Virus record (IMG/VR): IMGVR_UViG_3300017651_000007
Location: 1 to 26,025 of that record
Reading direction: 5' to 3' (one strand)
Length of the DNA stretch: 26,025 nt
Origin: a virus
Lineage: Duplodnaviria; Caudoviricetes
Position numbers and translations under genes: made by a program. Shown piece by piece: positions 17,657-23,956 of the stretch (position 1 is its first letter; every line of letters starts with the position of its first letter). The notes beneath the pieces were generated by a model, which saw nothing but the letters and a program-made list of their open reading frames with translations, was not told where the DNA came from and made no database searches.

Positions 17657-17944
17657 CCACACCCAATAGCCGGGATTTCGTATTAGCCGACCATCCGTCT
17701 CTGTCTCATGTCCTGAGACATGGGACAGGCCACGCCTTTACGCGGTGGCTGCCCTCAACCTAGACGGAGACGACTACCGTCCGAACGAGGTTGCATCCCT
17801 TCCCTAACGGCCGAGGTACGAACGAGCCGTAGCGAAACGCTACGTCTCTCCCTCCATTGTTACCCGGGCTCGCCAGTGTCGTCGGCGCGGGATGTCCCGA
17901 ACTTCCTCAAGAGTCGCGCGACTCCTGCGGTCGGCTAGGTGTGA
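17657..17944 (-). ncRNA. rnpB: RNase P RNA, compact type-A-like
   Basis: CR-I GAGGAAGUUCGGGA, CR-IV AGACGGAUG and CR-V ACGAAAUCCCGGCUAU. P1, P2, P3, the P4 pseudoknot, P5, the P6 pseudoknot, P7, P15 and P16 all pair in canonical order. Confidence 0.9.
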
Positions 17945-18072
17945 ACATCCTTGATAGCTTCCTTCCAGCACGTCATGCAGAGAAGGGCCTCGAAGAGGGA
18001 TGAGAAGAACGCTGGCCGCTGGTCGCAGCCGTAGCAGGCCGGTAGGCCGTTGCAGTCACCCTTCAGGGTCAT
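17935..18072 (-). CDS. Small CxxC...CxxC protein (45 aa)
   Basis: GGAGG close to the ATG at 18072; CYGC...CMTC; 3' end overlaps RNase P helix P1. Confidence 0.45.
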   Translation of the reverse strand: MTLKGDCNGLPACYGCDQRPAFFSSLFEALLCMTCWKEAIKDVHT

Positions 18073-18092
18073 GATCCTCCATCCGTTGATGA

Positions 18093-18165
18093 AGCCCACG
18101 CGGGGAGTCGAGCCCCGGACCTCTCCCTTACGAGGGGAGCGCTCTTCCATCTGAGCTACGCGGGC
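18093..18165 (-). tRNA. tRNA-Thr(CGT)
   Basis: GCCCGCG/CGTGGGC; loop CT-CGT-AA; variant T-loop CTCGACT. Confidence 0.88.
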
Positions 18166-18168
18166 AAG

Positions 18169-18289
18169 AGAGGCGAGTCGTGCGGAACAACACGCCTCTG
18201 GACGGTCCCTACCAGTACTTCCTTCGGGTACCTAACTGACGCTTTACCTACTGTCTCGTACGCGACTCCGCATTCAGGGGCGTCAGCTA
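18169..18289 (-). ncRNA. Candidate structured spacer RNA with loop-loop pairing
   Basis: TAGCTGACGC/GCGTCAGTTA stem and AGAGGCG/CGCCTCT hairpin; GCGGA/TCCGC complementarity between the two loops. Confidence 0.5.
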
Positions 18290-18362
18290 AGCCGTCAGCG
18301 GGAGTTGAACCCGCGACCCCTTCCTTACCACGGAAGTGCTCTGGCCACTGAGCTATGACGGC
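18290..18362 (-). tRNA. tRNA-Thr(GGT)
   Basis: GCCGTCA/TGACGGC; loop GT-GGT-AA. Confidence 0.9.
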
Positions 18363-18481
18363 GAGAGGCGCCCGGTAATGAACGGACGCCTGGTGATGCA
18401 GGTGCAGGGCGCCCGGCGGAAAGCGGGCGCCAGATCCAACTAGTTGCGCCAACCCATGCTGCACCTCCTCTACTCGAAGTA

Positions 18482-18553
18482 AGGGGCATACGGGAATCGA
18501 ACCCGTGTTTGCGACATGGCAAGCCGCCGTAATATCCGCTATACGAATGCCCC
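18482..18553 (-). tRNA. tRNA-Gly(GCC)
   Basis: GGGGCAT/ATGCCCC; loop TT-GCC-AT; U73. Confidence 0.88.
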
Positions 18554-18695
18554 AAACGCCTCAAACCAAGGGCCGAGGCGAGTGTCTATCCAGGGAGTTC
18601 CCATCCATCCCACCCTGGCCTACCGGCGTCACCCGGCTCCCTAACCACCAGCTACTAGACGTAGTAGACGACTACGGATTTCACTGGAGTCTTTG

Positions 18696-18890
18696 TCACC
18701 GCAAGGCGAATCGTCCAACTGACGCGAGGTCGAGACAGACGATGCACTGCTCGGCCTCACTCGGAGGCGGTACGCGCTTCGAGATCTTTGCCCCACAGAG
18801 AGCGTGATCGTCAGAGCCGCGTATATGCTTGACTCGTGCCCGAGTCGGAGTTTGGGACTCCTGCGGAGCCTCTAGTAGGACGGTGCTCAT
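18696..18890 (-). CDS. Small Zn-binding protein, DUF3039-like
   Basis: H...ALCG...CxxC spacing and MSTxxLE start resemble actinobacterial DUF3039 proteins. Confidence 0.55.
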   Translation of the reverse strand: MSTVLLEAPQESQTPTRARVKHIRGSDDHALCGAKISKRVPPPSEAEQCIVCLDLASVGRFALR

Positions 18891-18892
18891 AG

Positions 18893-18966
18893 CGCCCCCG
18901 GAGGGATTCGAACCCCCGACCTTGCGGGCCGAAACCGCACGCTCTAATCCGCTGAGCTACAAGGGC
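18893..18966 (-). tRNA. tRNA-Arg(TCG)
   Basis: Stem TGCGG/CCGCA; loop TT-TCG-GC. Confidence 0.9.
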
Positions 18967-19029
18967 TGGTACGCGTCGGGAGCGACCCTGACGCCGTGCA
19001 TGCGCTACGTCCACGGCTCGACGCGTAAG

Positions 19030-19101
19030 TACCCCCGGCAGGATTCGAACCTGCGACCTCCGGTACCGCAAACCGGTGCTCTTCCGCTGAGCTACAAGGG
19101 C
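19030..19101 (-). tRNA. tRNA-Arg(GCG)
   Basis: Stem CCGGT/ACCGG; loop TT-GCG-GT. Confidence 0.88.
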
Positions 19102-19150
19102 ATACAGGTGAACGTCCGTCGCCGGGCGCCACCTGAGGTAAGGGGTCCTG

Positions 19151-19750
19151 CTACTGGTCGAAGCGTCCTTCTAGCCAGTCCTTCACGAGACGAGCCTCGT
19201 ATACCGAGTCATCGCCCTCGGCGAGCAAATCGATGATCGCCGGATGCTCACGACGAAGCTGCTCTAGAAGACGAGATGCGTTTGTCCGTTCCTCGCGCGT
19301 AAGGTACTTTACGATCGAGACGTTTGGCGAGTCTCTATTATGGAGGTCACGGTGACAGTTGATACACACCGGAATAGTGCACTGAGACCGGGCGCCGACC
19401 TTAACGTAGTTGGATAGTTCGCGCATCATCCAACGGTTGACATAGTGGTGCCGTGTGGAGTCACCGGGTCGGCCGCAGAGGCGACACTCGGGCTGAACTT
19501 GTCTCTGTGCTCTGTACACCTTCTGGCGTTCAGCGACCTCGGCCGGTGTGGCGCCTTGGTCTAGAGCGTCGCGCAGCGCCTCTACGATCTGGCCCTGCGT
19601 GATGTGAGCGTCCAGCAAGTCATCTAGCTCAACACCTGTTATGGTGGTGAGAAGCTCCAACTGCTCGTGAGTGGCGAGGCGTCCGTTCTTGCCGGTGTCG
19701 TACCACCACTGCTCTCCATCAGGGAGAGTGATCTGTCGTGCTCGTGACAT
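19151..19750 (-). CDS. HNH-like (His-Me finger) endonuclease domain protein
   Basis: CRLC...TRHH...PVCINCHRDLH. Start at MSRARQ with a GAGAGG RBS; the longer ORF start lies inside tRNA-Glu. Confidence 0.7.
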   Translation of the reverse strand: MSRARQITLPDGEQWWYDTGKNGRLATHEQLELLTTITGVELDDLLDAHITQGQIVEALRDALDQGATPAEVAERQKVYRAQRQVQPECRLCGRPGDSTRHHYVNRWMMRELSNYVKVGARSQCTIPVCINCHRDLHNRDSPNVSIVKYLTREERTNASRLLEQLRREHPAIIDLLAEGDDSVYEARLVKDWLEGRFDQ

Positions 19751-19767
19751 GTGACCTCTCTCAGTAG

Positions 19768-19840
19768 TAGCCGGTACGGGATTCGAACCCGTGTCACCGC
19801 CTTGAGAGGGCGGCATCCTAGGCCCCTAGAAGAACCGGCC
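19768..19840 (-). tRNA. tRNA-Glu(CTC)
   Basis: GGCCGGT/ACCGGCT; loop CT-CTC-AA. Confidence 0.9.
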
Positions 19841-19849
19841 AGGGGAAGG

Positions 19850-19922
19850 GGTGACCAGAGGGAATCGAACCCTCCTCGCCGGACTCACAACCCGGAGTAA
19901 TAGCCGCTATACGATGGCCACC
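19850..19922 (-). tRNA. tRNA-His(GTG)
   Basis: Encoded G-1 opposite C73; loop TT-GTG-AG. Confidence 0.88.
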
Positions 19923-19937
19923 ATGTGTACTGCGTAG

Positions 19938-20010
19938 CTGCGGGCCAAGGTTTCGAACCTCGCTCTCCGGGGCCAGAACCCGGCGTCCACACCAACAGGA
20001 CCAACCCGCA
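19938..20010 (-). tRNA. tRNA-Gln(CTG)
   Basis: U1-A72; loop TT-CTG-GC. Confidence 0.88.
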
Positions 20011-20099
20011 AGGGAAGGAAGGCCAGCTATTGTCCGCTTAGCGTCCAGCGTCGCAATGCGCTCGTCCCCCGTGCACAGGGTTAGGACGACCTTCCGAAG

Positions 20100-20170
20100 T
20101 TGCGGGACTCGGATTCGAACCGAGACCAACGGGGTCAAAGCCCGTTCACCTGCCTTTAGTGTATCCCGCA
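20100..20170 (-). tRNA. tRNA-Gln(TTG)
   Basis: TGCGGGA/TCCCGCA; loop CT-TTG-AC. Confidence 0.85.
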
Positions 20171-20176
20171 ATGTGA

Positions 20177-20198
20177 GACGGGCGCCGAAGCGCCCGTC
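20177..20198 (-). terminator. UUCG-capped hairpin after nadV
   Basis: GACGGGCGC-TTCG-GCGCCCGTC, 9 bp; no T-run. Confidence 0.55.
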
Positions 20199-20201
20199 GT
20201 A

Positions 20202-21587
20202 CTACAGCGCTGCGTTACGACGTACTGTGTCGAAGTCCACCTCGTTGAGGAGGACGCCGTTCTCGAACACCGTGACTAGCTCGTCAGGGAGACCGGTGTC
20301 TCCGCCGACGGTGCGATATCCGTTCTCATCCTTGACCAACGCCAGGCGCCCGCGCTTCGACGCCTTGGAGGTGTCAAGGGGCTTCTTGTAGACCTGGTGC
20401 CATGCCCCGTCGCGCTCCTGCGCGCTGCACTTGAAGGCGAAGCGCTGCATGTCGCGATTGACCTTCTGGTGCAGACCGCCGCCCATGCCGAAGACCATGT
20501 TCTCGGCGCTGAAGCCCTCGGCCGCCAGACGACCGAGGATGCGGACGATGCCGTGAGAGTCGATGCCGTCGCCCCAAAGCACGCGAACGTGCGGGTCGAG
20601 TACCTTGAAGCCCTTGGAGTTGACCGCGCCGCCGAACGACTCGTAGAGTCGTCGCACGATCCACAGGGTCAGGCCCTCGGGCGTCTCGTGGTTCGGCGTA
20701 GTGGAGTCCGGACGCACGACGAATACGCCGTCGCGATCGAGGACTTGCTTGCGGTACGTCGTGCAGATGGCATCCACGAAGCGGTAGATGTCGTAGCTGT
20801 CGGCGACGACGGAGAGGATCCCGGTCGGGTGCTCGCGGAAGAGCTTGTCCACGACCTTCCATTCGCCCTCCTCGCCGAGGGCCGTCATCACGGAGTGCTC
20901 GGTGGCGGGCACCGAGAAGGCGAGACTCGTGATGTCGGCGCCGTAGTGGTTCACGGCGAAGAGCATCCCGAGGAGGGTATCCGTGCCCACCGAGTTCACG
21001 AGGTGTGCCGCTCCGGCAATGGAGGCAGACTCGTCGCTCGTGGAGCCTCGGTAGCCGAAGTCGTGGAGCATGAAGGGTAGGCCGTCGCGGCTGTCGGCCG
21101 TCATGTCAAGGAAGGCCCCGATCGAGTCGATGGTATGACGGCTGAGCGTCGCCACCGTACTCGGGTACCACACGTGCGTCAGGAGCGACTCCACGGCGTT
21201 GGTTAGCCAGTAGCATTCCGGACAGGTGTTCTCGACGGTCATCAAGACGTTGCCGGTCGGGACGACCGTGCCCTCCTGGACCGCCTTGATGCGCAGCGGC
21301 AGACAGCCGCCGTGCACGTCGATGATGTGGTTCCAACCGGCCGCGTTGAAGAGGCTTTCGTCGCCGAAGTGGTACTTTGCGACCAGCGCGGCCTCGGTCA
21401 CGTCGGCGGGGGTCACGACGACGCCTTCGAGCTTGCGAAGGATGGGCTGTAGGCCGAAGAACACGGTGTAGGGGAACTCGGCCCCCGTACGGCTCTCGAA
21501 GTAGGAGTAGACGCCGGTCGTGTCGTCCGGGTACTGCTTCCAGTGGTTGAGCTTGTAGCTGTCCGTCGCGAGGATGAGATTGGTCAT
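20202..21587 (-). CDS. nadV: Nicotinamide phosphoribosyltransferase (NAMPT)
   Basis: Motifs TDSYK.NH..QYP, WYPSTVAT, LHDFGYRG, VPATEHSVMT, SVVADSYD, RPDS and GMGGGL. Confidence 0.96.
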   Translation of the reverse strand: MTNLILATDSYKLNHWKQYPDDTTGVYSYFESRTGAEFPYTVFFGLQPILRKLEGVVVTPADVTEAALVAKYHFGDESLFNAAGWNHIIDVHGGCLPLRIKAVQEGTVVPTGNVLMTVENTCPECYWLTNAVESLLTHVWYPSTVATLSRHTIDSIGAFLDMTADSRDGLPFMLHDFGYRGSTSDESASIAGAAHLVNSVGTDTLLGMLFAVNHYGADITSLAFSVPATEHSVMTALGEEGEWKVVDKLFREHPTGILSVVADSYDIYRFVDAICTTYRKQVLDRDGVFVVRPDSTTPNHETPEGLTLWIVRRLYESFGGAVNSKGFKVLDPHVRVLWGDGIDSHGIVRILGRLAAEGFSAENMVFGMGGGLHQKVNRDMQRFAFKCSAQERDGAWHQVYKKPLDTSKASKRGRLALVKDENGYRTVGGDTGLPDELVTVFENGVLLNEVDFDTVRRNAAL

Positions 21588-22489
21588 CCGAGGAGCCTCC
21601 CACGAAGATAGACGAATAGTTCCTGGTGGACAGGGACAAGGGAGTCTTCCGCCAGCGCGTGCCAGTCGAACCAGCGAAGCTCGGCTATGTCAGATCCCGG
21701 CGTGGGCTTGCCGCTCAGGTGCGTAGCCAGGAAGAGCATCGTCTTGATCTTGTCCACCTCGCCCCGATAGCGCCAGTCATCCACGAGCATGGACGTGACG
21801 TACTTCGGATCGGTGATCTCGATGCCCGCCTCCTCCATCACCTCTCGGCGGGCGTCGGCCTCGTAAGTCGGCGACGTGGGCTCGGCGAAGCCGCCGATGA
21901 AGCGGAACTTATCCTCGTAGGGCTTGCGGCCGAGCAGCAGCTTCGACCCGTCCTCGTTGAGGATGGCCACATCGACGGTTGCATAGTTCGTCGGGAAGCG
22001 GCTGTAGGCGGCCCAGACGACGCCAGCGCGGAACTCGGGCGACGCCTTGACGGAGCGGGCGGAGATAGCCTTGCGCGTCTCCGAGCCGGAGACGAAGACC
22101 TCCTGGACAAGCTCCCGTGTGGGAAGGTTGCCGTGATAGCGACGGATGAACGAGTCGCGGCTGCCGTAGAGGACGACCGACTGCGCGGGCGTCGTCACAT
22201 CAGCGATCATCTCGTCCAGCCGCTTACTCCAAGCCACGTCGCTGGGGTGATCCTTCACGTAGAGAACGTTCACGTCGGGGAAGCGCTCCAGGATCATCTG
22301 CTTGCGCGCTTCGAAGTCGAGCGGATTCTCTCGCGTGACCATGACAGGCGAGAGCCCCAGGAAGAGGATCACCTTGCTGTGTGCATCACAGACGGTCCGG
22401 ATCAGGTCAATATGAGCCTGATGTAGCTCAGGGACCTGGAACCGACCGACAATCACTCCTACGTCGTAGGAGTCGGTCTTTACCTGCAT
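21584..22489 (-). CDS. natV: Bifunctional NMN adenylyltransferase / Nudix ADP-ribose hydrolase
   Basis: GRFQ..LHQAH (HxxH), NPL.F..R, SGSETR, and the Nudix box GGF-x9-ARREVMEEAG; ATGA overlap with nadV. Confidence 0.93.
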   Translation of the reverse strand: MQVKTDSYDVGVIVGRFQVPELHQAHIDLIRTVCDAHSKVILFLGLSPVMVTRENPLDFEARKQMILERFPDVNVLYVKDHPSDVAWSKRLDEMIADVTTPAQSVVLYGSRDSFIRRYHGNLPTRELVQEVFVSGSETRKAISARSVKASPEFRAGVVWAAYSRFPTNYATVDVAILNEDGSKLLLGRKPYEDKFRFIGGFAEPTSPTYEADARREVMEEAGIEITDPKYVTSMLVDDWRYRGEVDKIKTMLFLATHLSGKPTPGSDIAELRWFDWHALAEDSLVPVHQELFVYLRGRLLG

Positions 22490-22537
22490 GTATCTCCTTG
22501 CGATCTATCGATAAACGATCATGGGGGATGGGGGATA

Positions 22538-22617
22538 TAGCGGAGGTAGGATTCGAACCGTTTGAGACGACCTCCTGGTTATGAGCCAGGCGAGCTACCA
22601 GACTGCTCTACTCCGCG
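22538..22617 (-). tRNA. Initiator-like tRNA-Met(CAT) with an insertion in the T-stem
   Basis: CGCGGAG start, unpaired C1:U72, loop CT-CAT-AA; about 6 extra nt in the T-stem 5' strand. Confidence 0.8.
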
Positions 22618-22624
22618 TCGAAAG

Positions 22625-22706
22625 TGCCCACACTCGGACTCGAACCGAGACGGCGTAAGCCAACCGGGTTTGAGCCGGTCCTGTCTGCCAATTCCAGCAT
22701 GTAGGC
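22625..22706 (-). tRNA. tRNA-Leu(CAA)
   Basis: Class II variable arm; loop CT-CAA-AC. Confidence 0.92.
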
Positions 22707-22714
22707 GAAGTGAA

Positions 22715-22927
22715 TGAGAGCGCGGCCCTGGCTAAGGGGCATTACGGCGGGCGTCCACCCGATACATCCCGTGGCCTGCGGGACAACGGGCAACTACTGT
22801 CCGCCTTTTCTACGGGTTCAACCTTGAGCCCTCTAGCGCGCCGCCGTCTATTGCTTGGCTTGCCAAAGCCGAGCATCACCGGGCCTAGCAGCCTAGAGTC
22901 GGCCGTCGAAACCACCTCGTGCTCTCA
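22715..22927 (-). ncRNA. Candidate 213-nt multi-domain structured RNA
   Basis: Closing stem TGAGAGC/GCTCTCA, several internal helices and a potential pseudoknot; no convincing ORF. Confidence 0.6.
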
Positions 22928-22929
22928 AG

Positions 22930-23001
22930 TGCCGCCAAGGGGGATCGAACCCCTACTTCCAGCTTGAAAGGCTAGCGTGCTAACCACTACACTATGACGG
23001 C
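22930..23001 (-). tRNA. tRNA-Glu(TTC)
   Basis: GCCGTCA/TGGCGGC; loop CT-TTC-AA. Confidence 0.9.
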
Positions 23002-23137
23002 AGGGCGGGCGTAACCTCGATTGTTGGTTACCTTACGTCCGTCCCAGCTTAGACGGAACCCTCGCGAGGCTCGGGTACCCACGGTAGAGACAAGAACTCC
23101 AACGCCTACGTTCCTCTACCGCCTTCTACCTCGCTAG

Positions 23138-23212
23138 TGGTGCCACGAGGATTTGAACCTCGGACCTCCTCCGTATCAGAGAGGCGCTCTAACCAGACTG
23201 AGCTATGACACC
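23138..23212 (-). tRNA. tRNA-Ile(GAT)
   Basis: GGTGTCA/TGGCACC; loop CT-GAT-AC. Confidence 0.88.
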
Positions 23213-23309
23213 CTGGCGCCGGTATGGTCCTAGGAACCTCAATGGGCTAGACCAGCGCAACAGCCCCTCAGCGCGCATCCGGCCGGAATGGGCGCCTCAA
23301 CTTAGGGAG

Positions 23310-23383
23310 TGGGGAGTAGCGGATTCGAACCGCTGACCTTCGGTGTTTCAAGCCGACGCTCTACCAGGCTGAGCTAACTCCCC
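23310..23383 (-). tRNA. tRNA-Phe(GAA)
   Basis: GGGGAGT/ACTCCCC; loop TT-GAA-AC; C31:A39 mismatch. Confidence 0.85.
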
Positions 23384-23471
23384 GGGATCAGGTCAAGGGG
23401 ACCCTCTTCGTGAGGTGATGGGACATTCCCGGACCGCCACGCGTGCTCGCGACCCAAATCATGACCTGAAG

Positions 23472-23543
23472 TGGAGGACCGGGGAATCGAACCCCGAATT
23501 CCGCCTTGCAAGGGCGGCGTGTTCCCGTTAGCACTAGTCCCCC
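23472..23543 (-). tRNA. tRNA-Ala(TGC)
   Basis: G3:U70; loop CT-TGC-AA. Confidence 0.92.
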
Positions 23544-23599
23544 GGGCCGGGGCCGCCCGACGGCGGCCCCTCATACTCCTTCCGCCGATGGCGGATGAG

Positions 23600-23956
23600 C
23601 TAGAACTGCACCTCCCGCTTAGGGAGGACCCTATTTCTGCCCTCCCGCCAGAGGCGGCGAGGCAGCCACTTCTTCTTGACCTTCCAGCAGTGAATGCAGG
23701 TACGCACGCGGTAGGTGTCCGTGAACGTTACTCCATTCCACTCGGAAGTCTCCGAGATAGTCTCGGTGTACCACTCGTGAACGCGGTTGATCGCGCAGCG
23801 CTCCTTCTGTACGCGCTTGCGCTTCGAGCGACGCTTCCCGTTAGAAGGAGCGTCGTCGTCAACGGGCGGAGCCTTCTCAGGCGTGGCAATGGGACAGCAG
23901 CCGCAGGGAGCCATCTTCCTCTTGTCCCGGCGACGCGACCGGCGCTTGTAATGCAA
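23600..23956 (-). CDS. Highly basic Cys/His-containing protein (118 aa)
   Basis: AGGAG RBS before a TTG start; C..H...CxxC; fills the inter-tRNA gap and is followed by hairpins. Confidence 0.6.
   Translation of the reverse strand: MHYKRRSRRRDKRKMAPCGCCPIATPEKAPPVDDDAPSNGKRRSKRKRVQKERCAINRVHEWYTETISETSEWNGVTFTDTYRVRTCIHCWKVKKKWLPRRLWREGRNRVLPKREVQF

Noticed and set aside
17720-18807. ORF-track entries overlapping the RNA genes (e.g. 17720-17938, 18156-18464 and 18325-18564)
   Set aside because: They run through RNase P RNA or tRNA sequences and have no protein-like features.
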